Translations under genes and position numbers: made by a program
The notes under the pieces: generated by a model
Told to the model about the DNA's origin: nothing
The model's database searches: none
What the model saw: only the letters and a program-made list of their open reading frames with translations
Shown: piece after piece, positions 47,351 through 56,777 of the stretch
Layout: each line of letters begins with the position of its first letter
Position numbering within the stretch: position 1 is the first letter of the stretch
Assembly (NCBI GenBank): GCA_002010065.2
Contig: MTMD02000015.1
Span: forward strand, 64,001-128,000
Direction: 5' to 3'
Origin: Candidatus Pyrohabitans jungbluthii
GTDB taxonomy: Archaea; Hydrothermarchaeota; Hydrothermarchaeia; Hydrothermarchaeales; BMS3B
Length of the DNA stretch: 64,000 nucleotides

Positions 47351-48420
47351 AGCTGAGGCTCTTCCACAAGACCTTTATACTCTTCCTCCTCCTCTCCATA
47401 CTTCCTATTATCGTGGTGGGCACCAGAATAACACTGCTCAACTTCAAAACCCTCAGCCAGATATCTCAGGAGATGGAAATCCCCCCTGATGTTTTCCAGC
47501 CAATGCTTGACAGGACCCTCCAGGAGGGGATAACCTACTCCTTCTATGTGATAATCATCGTAATTATCGTGGCGATATTCTTTACCGCCAGCATCGTGGG
47601 ACCGATTGAAAGGCTCAGAGAAGCAACTCTCAGGTTGAGCCACGGTGACTACTCCTACATCCCAGAGGTGAATACCGGAGACGAGCTCGAAGAACTGGCG
47701 GAGGCTTTCAAAGAAATGGCAGAAAAGCTTCAGCAGACAATGAGGGAACTTGAGCTGGCAAACAATCAGAAGAGGACTTTTCTGGATATAATGTGCCATG
47801 ACCTTTCCAACTACCTCTCTATAATTGGAGGTTTTACCTCCCTCCTTCAGGAGAGGGAAACTGATGAGAATAAAAGGGAAATACTGAATATAATCCACAA
47901 AAATGCCAGAAAGATAGAGGAGGTGCTTGAAAATGCAAGGCGGTTTGCAAGACTTGAGAAGGGAACCGCTCTGCAGATGGAAGAGCGCGACCTAAAGGAA
48001 ATTCTACTCTCTGTACATGAGGTTTTCTCTCAGAACAATGAGGGGAGTAGAATAAAGCTGAAGCTTCCGGATGGCACGATCATAGTTGAGGTGGATGAGC
48101 TGATAAAAGATGTATTTCTTAATTTAATCTCAAATGCGCTCAAGTACTCGAGGGATGAGGTGGAGGTGGAAGCAGAAGATCTGGGAGAATATGTGAGAGT
48201 GACGGTAAGAGACCTTGGTCCTGGAATACCCGATGAGCATAAGGAGGCCGTTTTTGAGAGGTTCTGGAGGTTTGAAAGGAGCGGAGTTAAGGGCACAGGC
48301 TTGGGGCTGGCGATAGCAAAAAGCATCGTTAAACTCCACGGGGGGAGGATATGGGTTGAAGATAACCAACCCAGGGGTAGCGTCTTTATCGTGGAGCTTC
48401 CAAAGCGACAGGGGGAGTAA
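47347..48420 (+). CDS. Membrane HAMP sensor histidine kinase
   Basis: 2 TM helices, HAMP (GDELEELAEAF), HDL H-box, NLISNALKY, DLGPGI, GTGLGL. Confidence 0.93.
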   Translation: MKLRLFHKTFILFLLLSILPIIVVGTRITLLNFKTLSQISQEMEIPPDVFQPMLDRTLQEGITYSFYVIIIVIIVAIFFTASIVGPIERLREATLRLSHGDYSYIPEVNTGDELEELAEAFKEMAEKLQQTMRELELANNQKRTFLDIMCHDLSNYLSIIGGFTSLLQERETDENKREILNIIHKNARKIEEVLENARRFARLEKGTALQMEERDLKEILLSVHEVFSQNNEGSRIKLKLPDGTIIVEVDELIKDVFLNLISNALKYSRDEVEVEAEDLGEYVRVTVRDLGPGIPDEHKEAVFERFWRFERSGVKGTGLGLAIAKSIVKLHGGRIWVEDNQPRGSVFIVELPKRQGE

Positions 48421-48471
48421 TAGAAAAACTTTTCATTTGTTAAACATTTTTTTAATTGTGGCAGTGATATA

Positions 48472-49275
48472 ATGAGAAGGTTAATTCTGCTGGTGGCGGT
48501 GCTGGTTTTCCTTTCCGGCTGCACCGCTCAGAAGGATAGCGAAAGTCTGCATGCTGCTCTCGGGGAGGGGCAGCAGGTGGATATGCCAGAGGTATCACCT
48601 GCTGTGGATGTGAAAATAAGTGAGCTTCTTGAGAGGGCGCAGGAGTTCAACAACCACTACGTCAATGTGAGAGGGAAGGTGCTGGAGAGTGCCAACACCT
48701 CTGTGTACACCTACATAAAGCTCAGCGACGGCACCGGAGAGGTGTGGGTGGCTTTGCCAAAACAGAGCGTTAATGTGGGAGAGGAGATTAGTGTACCAAA
48801 CGCCTACGTTCAGGTTGACTTCTACAGTGCTACTTTTAACACCACTCTGGACGTGATTCTGCTCGCTGAGAGGCTGGGAAGCCCAGAGCCCATGCTAGCG
48901 GGTACAATTCACAGCACTCTCCCTGCCAGAGAGCCGCCTAAGGTTATAAACGTAACTAAGCTGGAGGACGGCTACACCGTTGAAGAGCTCTATGAAAAGA
49001 GGCAGGAGCTTAACAACAAGGTCGTGAAGCTGCGAGGCGTTGTGGTGAAGGTACTCCCCAACATAATGAGCAGGACCTGGATTCACGTGCAGGATGGCAC
49101 AGGCAATGAGAGCGAGGGCACCCATGACATTGTTGTTACCTACACCGGAAGCGAGAAGATATTGCCTGGCGACGTGGTAATCGTTGAGGGCAGGCTTAGT
49201 GCGGACAAGGACATTGGCTCTGGGTACTTCTTTAAGGTGATTATCGAGGACGCGAAAATAGAAAAAGAGGATTAG
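48472..49275 (+). CDS. Lipoprotein with tandem OB folds, NrfJ-like
   Basis: LSGC lipobox; YTYIKL…VWVALP; NIMSRTWIHVQDGTG…DKDIGSGY.F.VIIEDA. Confidence 0.7.
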   Translation: MRRLILLVAVLVFLSGCTAQKDSESLHAALGEGQQVDMPEVSPAVDVKISELLERAQEFNNHYVNVRGKVLESANTSVYTYIKLSDGTGEVWVALPKQSVNVGEEISVPNAYVQVDFYSATFNTTLDVILLAERLGSPEPMLAGTIHSTLPAREPPKVINVTKLEDGYTVEELYEKRQELNNKVVKLRGVVVKVLPNIMSRTWIHVQDGTGNESEGTHDIVVTYTGSEKILPGDVVIVEGRLSADKDIGSGYFFKVIIEDAKIEKED

Positions 49276-49965
49276 TCACCTCACAAGAAATATGCTGTGG
49301 CACCCTTTAAGGGAGCAGGTGTTTGCTGAGATTACATTTATTGCCTCTTGAGCTCGTGCTGTATCGTTGGCTGCCAGCGCTTCCTCCAGGTTAACAACGT
49401 ACTCCTCCTTCATCCTCTCTTCGGTGAGTTCTGGCAGGAACTTCGCCACCATCTGCTTGCTTTCAAAGTAGTACCTCTTAAACTCAGGGAAGTGTCTTTT
49501 CGCTTTTTCGATGTCTCCCTCACGCAGGGCTTTCTTAATCTCGCTGTACTCGTACTCCAGGTTTGCCATGGCTCCGCCGCTGCGTTGGTGGCATACACTA
49601 ACGCCGCAGCTACCAGCGATGTTAGAAATCACCTGCTCAGCCTTCGTGAAGTCTCGAGCATGGAGGTGCTCTCCCAGCATTGTGAGGTCTTCCTCAGCCA
49701 CCATGAACCTGAGATGCTGCTCCCCAGCTTTTTCCTTTGCCTTCTCATAAACTTGAAGCAAAGCTTTGTAATGCTCCTCCGCCGACTTGGCGTCGCCTGC
49801 TGCGATAGCCTGCTTTAGCGCAGAGTATTCCTCCTCGAAGCTGCTCTGTATCTCCTTCGCCTCTATAATCCTCTCCTTCTCAGGCTTAACCTCTTCAGCC
49901 GGCTGAGCGCAGCCAGAAAGGAACATTCCGACAAGGAGTAGGGGGATAAGCTTCCTGAGATTCAT
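49276..49965 (-). CDS. Helical lipoprotein with two CX4CH motifs (putative diheme cytochrome c)
   Basis: LSGC lipobox; internal duplication, each half ending in CGVSVCH or CSLKGCH; GGAGGT RBS before ATG 49965. Confidence 0.65.
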   Translation of the reverse strand: MNLRKLIPLLLVGMFLSGCAQPAEEVKPEKERIIEAKEIQSSFEEEYSALKQAIAAGDAKSAEEHYKALLQVYEKAKEKAGEQHLRFMVAEEDLTMLGEHLHARDFTKAEQVISNIAGSCGVSVCHQRSGGAMANLEYEYSEIKKALREGDIEKAKRHFPEFKRYYFESKQMVAKFLPELTEERMKEEYVVNLEEALAANDTARAQEAINVISANTCSLKGCHSIFLVR

Positions 49966-50215
49966 AGCATACCTCCTAATCATCATCCTACCATATCCCT
50001 ATCCTAACAATTTTAAACATGGTACAGGCGAGCCCTACCCTTGCGATTTGTAAACCACCAAAATTATCCCCCTGTAAAAGGAAGTGAAAGGTTATTCGCA
50101 TTATTATCTCATTATGGGCACATTTAGCACATATTTCATAACCGCGTTGCAAAGGTTTACAGAGATATATTAAATATCTAGTGGGTGTAAGTATTACTAA
50201 AAAGGAGGTGAGGGA

Positions 50216-51265
50216 TTGTATATGAAAGGACAGGTAATTTCCGCTCTGGTGTTGATTGCGCTGCTGAGCGCACCTGCGTATGCGTTAGAGAAGACTATAA
50301 TCCTAGTTTCGGACAATCCCGCGGATCTGGCGATTGCCCAGTCTCTGGGGGAGAAGCTTAACATAGATATTGTAATAACTCCCTGGGGCACACTGAGCGA
50401 CGAGGCGATTGAGAAAATCCAGGCGAGTGGTGCCACGCAGGTGTATGTGATAGGCGGCGAGGTTGCTGTGCCAGACGTGGAGGTAAAGCTGAATGTCAAG
50501 GTGAAGAGGTTCGCAGGCAAGGACAGGCACCACACCTCTGCGCTTGTGGCACAGGAGTGGGGCACCGCTGAAGAGGTGGTTATTGCCGAGGGCTACGATG
50601 AGGAGGGTATTAAAGAAGCGATGGCGAAGGCCAAGGCTAAAGGCGTGCCAATGCTTTTTGTTAAGCCTGGAGAAGTGCCCGAGGAGGTTGCTCAAGCTAT
50701 TGAAAAGCTCAAATGCAAGGCTGCGGTAGTGGTGCCAGCGCCCAACATGGTTAAAGAAAGGGTGAGAGCAAAAATAAGAGAACACGGCGTAGAGGAGATA
50801 AACGAGACCGCCGTAAACTTCGAGGAAAGGGCTGCTACGGCTATAGAAGCCGCGGAGGAGGCGATAGCCCAGGCGGAGGCGAATACCGGTGAGATTACCG
50901 ATGGAAGGAGTGTGGCAGCGGCGAGACTGGTTGTAAATGCAAAGAAGCATCTTGACAGGGCGAAGGAAGCCTTCAGCGAAGGTAGCTACGGGGAAGCTTT
51001 TGGCTTAGCAGTTGCCGCAAAGGCGCAGGCGGAGGCGGCGATAAAAATCTCCCAGGGCGTAGTGGTCGGAAATTTCAAGCACGCGGTTGTTAACGCGGAG
51101 CAGGAAATTAAAGCGAAAGGCATTGCGAAGGTGAAGGGTGAGATAGATGTGGAGGCAGGGAAACACGGGGTCAAAATAGGAATGCACAGAGAAATGGAGG
51201 TTATGCCAGGCATGGACAACGCCACTGAGAAATATCCCCCTGCAGCACCGCCCATGAAGAGGTGA
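50216..51265 (+). CDS. Secreted cell-wall-binding repeat 2 (CW_binding_2)-like surface protein
   Basis: Signal peptide; VYVIGGEVAV, RFAGKDRHHTS. Confidence 0.75.
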   Translation: MYMKGQVISALVLIALLSAPAYALEKTIILVSDNPADLAIAQSLGEKLNIDIVITPWGTLSDEAIEKIQASGATQVYVIGGEVAVPDVEVKLNVKVKRFAGKDRHHTSALVAQEWGTAEEVVIAEGYDEEGIKEAMAKAKAKGVPMLFVKPGEVPEEVAQAIEKLKCKAAVVVPAPNMVKERVRAKIREHGVEEINETAVNFEERAATAIEAAEEAIAQAEANTGEITDGRSVAAARLVVNAKKHLDRAKEAFSEGSYGEAFGLAVAAKAQAEAAIKISQGVVVGNFKHAVVNAEQEIKAKGIAKVKGEIDVEAGKHGVKIGMHREMEVMPGMDNATEKYPPAAPPMKR

Positions 51266-51292
51266 ATTCGCTTAAAGGGGGGTCCAAGCCCC

Positions 51293-52285
51293 TCATTCCT
51301 TTTTGTACATGGCTATACGCTGGGTAAACCTCTCCTCTTTGTAAATCTTATACCCGAATTCCAGCTCTACTTGGGCGAGCCTTTCAAAACCTTCGCTGCG
51401 CAGCGTTGCGGAGAGCACATCCCTTGAGAACTTCTCATCTGCAATGGGGCGCCAGATTGCAAGCTCCCATAAATCCTGGGGGTAGAAGTCCCCGCACTTC
51501 TCAGCTTCAATGGGCTCCAGCAGGAGAAGCTTTCCTCCGCGCTGCAGAAGCTCTGCCGCATTTCTGAGCGCTCCCGTGGCATCTTCCACATACTCGAGCA
51601 AAGCGTCCACAATCACCCAGTCACAGCTTTCATTGCGAAGGGGCACAGCATGCTCAACATCGTAGGCGAGAAAGCTTCCGTAGCTGAGCCACTCCTTCAC
51701 GCGCCTCAGTATGGTGGTTGAGAGATTGCCACATATCAGCCTGGCGTTGTTGTGCTTTGCCTTTTGCAGATAGCTTTTAATCCCGGTGGCTGCATCAAAC
51801 ACAACCTCCCTCATGCGCGGGTTGAGCAAGCTCTCGAAGGCGGCTATACGACGCATCGCAAGCTCGTCGGGCTCACTCCTCCTCCCCCTGCTATCCTCTG
51901 CAGGGATGCTGCGCCTCTCAAAGAGCTCATAAAAGCGCTTCCAGGGCACCACCCTAATCGAGTACCTCAGCTTCGGCGAGAGTTTCGCAGCCCTGCCACG
52001 GTTGTCCAGCTCGAGTTTAAGCTTTTCGCTCGCGGAGGAGAATTCCACCTCAAGCTTATCTCCGCGAGGGTTAAGCGCTGAGATGCGGTACTCTCTGCCC
52101 TTGCCCACTCTCGGCATTATGGCGATGTACACATTGCCCTCGGGAAGCTCTGCTCCGGTGAAGCTACCCAGCCTCTCGCGGGAGTAGAGCTTCAGAAGCG
52201 CATACTCACCTTTGCTGAGCCTCTCCACTCTAACCGGGAGGTGAATCGCCCTCTTTTTACCCCTGCGCAGCGCAACCAGCGTCAT
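51293..52285 (-). CDS. Methyltransferase-fold protein with N-terminal extension
   Basis: VFDAATG (degenerate motif I), PLRNESCDWVI, LLEYVED, LLQRGGKLLLLEP. Confidence 0.7.
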   Translation of the reverse strand: MTLVALRRGKKRAIHLPVRVERLSKGEYALLKLYSRERLGSFTGAELPEGNVYIAIMPRVGKGREYRISALNPRGDKLEVEFSSASEKLKLELDNRGRAAKLSPKLRYSIRVVPWKRFYELFERRSIPAEDSRGRRSEPDELAMRRIAAFESLLNPRMREVVFDAATGIKSYLQKAKHNNARLICGNLSTTILRRVKEWLSYGSFLAYDVEHAVPLRNESCDWVIVDALLEYVEDATGALRNAAELLQRGGKLLLLEPIEAEKCGDFYPQDLWELAIWRPIADEKFSRDVLSATLRSEGFERLAQVELEFGYKIYKEERFTQRIAMYKKE

Positions 52286-53007
52286 ATCTCCACTTTTTCT
52301 AGCTCTCGAATCTCAAAATCACCGCTGCAAAGCCTGCACACGCCATTGCTGAGCCTCGTCGCCTCTGTAATTTCGTTGCACACCGTGCAGCGCTTCGGCG
52401 AGGCTATGTACTGCATATCCAGAGGGTACATGAGCTTCGAGAGGTCAACCTCAACGCGGGTGACAATAAAAAGCTCAGAGTCGCTCATCCTGTGCCACTT
52501 TAATATAAGTTCCCTCTCTATTTTCTGAAGCCGCTTTCGCTCAGCCAGCGCTTTTTCAAGGTCCCCCTTCGCATAAACGCGATAGAACTGCTCTAGCTGC
52601 TTGCCATAGTCGATGTGCTCCTCGTCAACGTCTGGCTTGCACTTAATTCTCAGCGCTTCCCCGGTGGCGAGGTTTCCGAAGATGGCGGCAAACTTTCCGT
52701 GGTCCAAGAAGACCAGCCTACCGCTTCCAAAGCTGCACTGCGTGGCTGCGGCTATACCATCGGCGGCGCATGTGAGAATCTCAACTGCCGCCACAAGGTC
52801 ACGCTTTCTTTTCAGATCAAGCAGGCGCACTGCAAGGTGCCCCATCCTCGTACCTAAGTAGCTGGCGGTGCATATATGCCCATGCACCTTTGGCACCGTT
52901 TCAAGAGCCTCACGCAGCGAGGGGTAGCTTGGCGCGCGCTTCCCATGCCCGCGCTTCCTCATGCTCGGCAGCAAATCTTCTATTTCAAAGTCTGGAGTAT
53001 AGCTCAT
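52282..53007 (-). CDS. FmdE-family protein with N-terminal extension and C-terminal Zn finger
   Basis: HGHIC, CAADG…CSFGSG, GKFA, CTVC…CRLC. Confidence 0.85.
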   Translation of the reverse strand: MSYTPDFEIEDLLPSMRKRGHGKRAPSYPSLREALETVPKVHGHICTASYLGTRMGHLAVRLLDLKRKRDLVAAVEILTCAADGIAAATQCSFGSGRLVFLDHGKFAAIFGNLATGEALRIKCKPDVDEEHIDYGKQLEQFYRVYAKGDLEKALAERKRLQKIERELILKWHRMSDSELFIVTRVEVDLSKLMYPLDMQYIASPKRCTVCNEITEATRLSNGVCRLCSGDFEIRELEKVEI

Positions 53008-54347
53008 CCTGTAGCCTCCTTTTCTAGGGCTATGCTCCTGAAGGAGCGCCTCTCCACACCGGGGAGGACGCGCAGCATGGCGGGAGCCTCTCCGGGTGGT
53101 GCTACATTGGGTACTTCAACCTTATAAAGCCTCGCGAGGGCGTCGAAGAGCAAAGTTCTGAGCTCATCCTGCGAGAAGTGAGAGGTTTCAATCACCGGAT
53201 TGAGGTGGTGGTACTCCCACCAGTTGCATGAGCGCAGCTTTAATCCAAGCTCAGAGGCGTGCCTGAACAGGTAGGTGTCGGGGTAGGGAGTTTGAACAGC
53301 AAACGTAGCCTCGCCTCCCAGCGAGCACACCTCCTCGGCTAAGCGTATGGTAGCCTCCACGCTTTCCCTAGTGTCCCAGGGGTGCCCTATCATGAAGCCG
53401 CATACCGGCGTTATCCCCTCGCGTACAAACTTACGAACTACGTCGAGTAGCCTCTCCAAGGCGATCTCCTTCTTTATGGCGTCCACCACCTCCTGAGAGC
53501 CGCTCTCTATACCGAAGCGCACAACCTCGCAGCCTGCGCTCGCCATGGCTTCAATCAGTTTCTCATCAACGTGGTCAAGGCGAAGCTCCGCGTACCACCG
53601 CATCCCTAACCTCGACACGAGGGAGCATATCCTGAGGGCGCGTTTCCTGTCGTAGGCGAAGTTGGGGTCTATGACGAAGAAGGAGCTCAACCCAAGGCTG
53701 CGAAGATGCTCAACTTCGCGAGCCACGCTCTCAGGGGTGCGCATTCTCAGCTTACCGGACATGGCGCGGGAAGAGCAGTACACGCAGCTGTAGGCGCATC
53801 CTCGCGACGTCGCTATTGCGCCTGGCAAAGCGTAGGCTTTCAGGTTGAGCAGGTGCCTCGCGGGTAGAGGGAGCGCATCCAGGTCGCGAACCCGCCACAC
53901 GCCGTTGCTCTTCGCTTTGCCTTCGCTGAGGTAGGCGATGCCCTTAACGCTGCGCACGTCTTTGCCCTTCTCAAGGCGGGACACGAGCTCAGCGAAGGCG
54001 AGTTCACCCTCGCCGCGAACCGCAAAGTTAAACCCGTGCCTAAGCACCTCCTCATAGCGAAAGGTGGCGTGAATCCCGCCTATCGCCACGAGCTTTCCCT
54101 GCTCCTTCGCCGCCTCGAGTACCGCAAGCGCATAGGGGTAGTTCTGTGTGTAGCTGGAAACCCCGACAAGCTCAGCTTCTGCGATGCGCTGCTCAAGCTT
54201 CGCTTTCCCCAGGTTAAGGTCAAGAATCTCTACGCGATGCCCTCGCTGCTCAAGCATCGCCGCTATGTACGCAAGTCCCAAGGGGGGCATCGCCACCCTC
54301 TTCTCCGAGGCGCTGCTGTGGGGAACCTCTACGAGAAGCACATCCAA
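53004..54347 (-). CDS. Cobalamin-binding (class B) radical SAM protein
   Basis: PPLGLAYIAA, GGIHAT, GEGE, SRGCAYSCVYC, FGIESGS, TPYP. Confidence 0.93.
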   Translation of the reverse strand: MDVLLVEVPHSSASEKRVAMPPLGLAYIAAMLEQRGHRVEILDLNLGKAKLEQRIAEAELVGVSSYTQNYPYALAVLEAAKEQGKLVAIGGIHATFRYEEVLRHGFNFAVRGEGELAFAELVSRLEKGKDVRSVKGIAYLSEGKAKSNGVWRVRDLDALPLPARHLLNLKAYALPGAIATSRGCAYSCVYCSSRAMSGKLRMRTPESVAREVEHLRSLGLSSFFVIDPNFAYDRKRALRICSLVSRLGMRWYAELRLDHVDEKLIEAMASAGCEVVRFGIESGSQEVVDAIKKEIALERLLDVVRKFVREGITPVCGFMIGHPWDTRESVEATIRLAEEVCSLGGEATFAVQTPYPDTYLFRHASELGLKLRSCNWWEYHHLNPVIETSHFSQDELRTLLFDALARLYKVEVPNVAPPGEAPAMLRVLPGVERRSFRSIALEKEATG

Positions 54348-54589
54348 GGTACTTCCTCCACAAAGCCCTTCTCCATCCAGAGCTTCAGCAGCCGCTTAGC
54401 CTCTTCGCGGTGCTCTGAAAACTCCCGCTCTATTAACTCCTCAACCTCCTGCATGGTTTTACCGTGCACTTCTTCCCAGAGTCTCGTCGCAGCTTCGTTG
54501 AGCACGTATATGCCATCCCTCGCCATGAGGATAACCCTCTTGCCCTCGCGCTTCCATACCATATTCGCCCTCGCCAGCCTGTACTCCAT
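54329..54589 (-). CDS. Stand-alone PqqD-like RiPP recognition element
   Basis: YVLNEAATRLWEEVHGKT..E….I..EF…LL..W..KGFV pattern; 86 aa. Confidence 0.75.
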   Translation of the reverse strand: MEYRLARANMVWKREGKRVILMARDGIYVLNEAATRLWEEVHGKTMQEVEELIEREFSEHREEAKRLLKLWMEKGFVEEVPWMCFS

Positions 54590-54590
54590 G

Positions 54591-55283
54591 CTACAACCTC
54601 CCCAGTGCGCGGAGCAGCTCCTCTACTCGTGAGCGCTTCACCACGCCTGCTTCGCACGCCGCGCCGCGAAAGCCCAGTATATCGCTTCCTATGCTAACCG
54701 CACGCTCTAGGTGTGGGATGCGGAGCGAGCCCGAGATGCAGGTCTCCATCCCGCGTTCATGGGCGAGGTCAACAAACTCGCGAAGCCTCTCCACAGAGGC
54801 GAAGTCCAGGATGTTTCGCCCGTCCTTTACTGCGGTGTCCAGCATAATAACATCACAGCTTACGTGCTTCACAAATTCGAAGGGGTTGGCACTGCCAGTG
54901 CGCCAGTAGTCAGCATAGCCAGAGATAATCAGCTTAGCTCCACCACCCTCCTCGGCAAGCGCACGCTTTAAAGCCCTGGAGAGTTTCTCCGCCTGCTCTG
55001 TTGTCTTAACGCCGTAGAAGGAGGCGACAACGTAGTCCACACCTAAACGAGCCACGCCGTATGCAGCCAAGCTTGCGGTGCCTGGCTTGAAGTCTAGGTC
55101 GCCTATGCTCGCCGCAACCTCAATGCGAGGCGGAAGAAGCTCCATCACTTCCTTTATCACCCAGGGCTTGTTGGCGCCCAGCGTCCCCTCCCCGGGGTTC
55201 TTTATGTCGAGAATATCCACGCCGCCTGCTGCCAGAACCTCGCTTGCCTCTTTCTTGTCCTTTATGCTTATGAGCACCCTCAT
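54591..55283 (-). CDS. mfnB: 4-(hydroxymethyl)-2-furancarboxaldehyde phosphate synthase (methanofuran biosynthesis)
   Basis: LDIKNPGEGTLGAN.PWVI, SIGD, KPGTASLAA, MLDTAVKDG, SGSL, GFRGAAC. Confidence 0.9.
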   Translation of the reverse strand: MRVLISIKDKKEASEVLAAGGVDILDIKNPGEGTLGANKPWVIKEVMELLPPRIEVAASIGDLDFKPGTASLAAYGVARLGVDYVVASFYGVKTTEQAEKLSRALKRALAEEGGGAKLIISGYADYWRTGSANPFEFVKHVSCDVIMLDTAVKDGRNILDFASVERLREFVDLAHERGMETCISGSLRIPHLERAVSIGSDILGFRGAACEAGVVKRSRVEELLRALGRL

Positions 55284-55795
55284 CTTTCCATCCCCAGCAC
55301 CGTCAGAGCCTTGCTCACCTCGTAGGCGGTGATGCGCTTGCCCTTCCGCAGCTTCGAGATCTCGGCGCGGTAACTGCTGTAGTCTTCAGGGGTAAATCTT
55401 AGTTTGGGCGTGGAAAAGAGCGCCACCCAGGCGAAGTGGTTGAGAAAGGGCAAAGCTTCAGGCTCGAGAAGGCTGAGCACGAACGACGCTACTCTAACAT
55501 CGACGCCGCTCAGGCTAATAAGCTTCCTAAGCGCTTTCTCCGGGGGCAGCGCAAAAGCCTCTTCGGTGGTGTGCTTGAGTATGTTGGGCTCATTTGCGCT
55601 CGCATACGCGGCTAGTGAAGCGTCGACGAAAGCGGCGATACGCACCAACTCAAAGTATGTTAGATACTTTGGCTCGCGTTCAGCAAGCACACGGGAGATC
55701 TTAAGCATGGCTTCCTCTCGCTGGTATGGCCTACTCCCTGCGCTGAAACGCGCCGCAAGGGTACGAAGCTTCTCTTCGCTTATGTGGTGAAGCAA
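55280..55795 (-). CDS. Hypothetical protein with HhH-like motif
   Basis: LISLSGVDVRVASFVL…P; co-oriented with and overlapping mfnB. Confidence 0.55.
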   Translation of the reverse strand: MLHHISEEKLRTLAARFSAGSRPYQREEAMLKISRVLAEREPKYLTYFELVRIAAFVDASLAAYASANEPNILKHTTEEAFALPPEKALRKLISLSGVDVRVASFVLSLLEPEALPFLNHFAWVALFSTPKLRFTPEDYSSYRAEISKLRKGKRITAYEVSKALTVLGMER

Positions 55796-55842
55796 TTTTG
55801 ACCCTCGTGAAATTTTTATTTAACTCCGCCTCATAACATGCT

Positions 55843-56004
55843 ATGGCAATCTGGAAATGCCCCCGCTGCGGCGCTACAAAGCAGGTGGTGTGCCCCGTAT
55901 GCGGCGCGGACAAGCGTGCCGGCGAGACCTGCGATTACTGTGGAAGCGAGTTCTCCTTCACCCTGTGCCCAAAATGCGGATATGAGCAGAGGCATAGCAG
56001 ATAA
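55843..56004 (+). CDS. Small double zinc-ribbon (CPxCG) protein, 53 aa
   Basis: Manual translation MAIWKCPRCGATKQVVCPVCGADKRAGETCDYCGSEFSFTLCPKCGYEQRHSR; not in ORF track. Confidence 0.8.
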   Translation: MAIWKCPRCGATKQVVCPVCGADKRAGETCDYCGSEFSFTLCPKCGYEQRHSR

Positions 56005-56037
56005 AATTTTTATACGTGCTAAGCGAGGATAAGCCCA

Positions 56038-56775
56038 ATGGCGTTGCTTCAGATTCAAGGTATACGCAAGAGTTTCTCTGGCTTGGTCGCATTGAAGAAC
56101 GTGAACTTCGAGGTGAGAGAGGGAGAGATTCTTGGCTTAGTCGGCCCCAACGGGGCGGGTAAGTCAACGCTTATAAACATAATCTCCGGGATATACCGCC
56201 CTGACAGCGGTAAGGTGGTGTTCAGGGGCAGGGAGATAACAGGGCTGCCGCCCCACAGGATATGCCGCCTGGGCATTACCAGAACCTTCCAGAATGTGGA
56301 AACCTTTCCGGAGCTCACTGCGTTGGAGAATGTGCTGGTGGGCGCGCTCTTCGGAAAGAGAAATGGCGACCGAAGCGAGGCAATGGAAAGAGCTGAAGAA
56401 ATGCTGCGTTTTGTGGACTTCCCGAGGGAGAAGTTTGAGGTTAAGGTTAGAAATCTCAACGTTGGAGAGCTTAAAAAGCTCCAGCTAGCTCGTGCCCTTG
56501 CAACTGAGCCCAAGCTTCTCCTCCTAGACGAGGTGACAACGGGTTTGAATCCGAAGGAGAGCAAAGATGCGGTGAAGATGATAAGGAAAATCCGCGATAG
56601 TGGGGTTACAATACTCATGGTGGAGCATATAATGAGGATAATCATGGGGGTGAGCGACCGCATAGTGGTGCTCAACTACGGGGAGAAGATAGCCGAGGGC
56701 ACACCCCGCGAGGTTGCCAGCGACCAGCGTGTTATTGAATCCTACTTGGGTGAGGCGTACAGTTTTGAGGGTTAG
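56038..56775 (+). CDS. livG: Branched-chain amino acid ABC transporter ATPase
   Basis: GPNGAGKST, RTFQ, LLLDE, VEH, YLG. Confidence 0.9.
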   Translation: MALLQIQGIRKSFSGLVALKNVNFEVREGEILGLVGPNGAGKSTLINIISGIYRPDSGKVVFRGREITGLPPHRICRLGITRTFQNVETFPELTALENVLVGALFGKRNGDRSEAMERAEEMLRFVDFPREKFEVKVRNLNVGELKKLQLARALATEPKLLLLDEVTTGLNPKESKDAVKMIRKIRDSGVTILMVEHIMRIIMGVSDRIVVLNYGEKIAEGTPREVASDQRVIESYLGEAYSFEG

Positions 56776-56777
56776 AC

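Noticed and set aside
55838-56032. ORF-track 64-aa ORF, or the Cys-rich ORF here as precursor for the B12-rSAM/RRE locus
   Set aside because: The real frame (55843-56004) is a regular CPxCG double zinc ribbon on the opposite strand to that locus, not a leader-core peptide.
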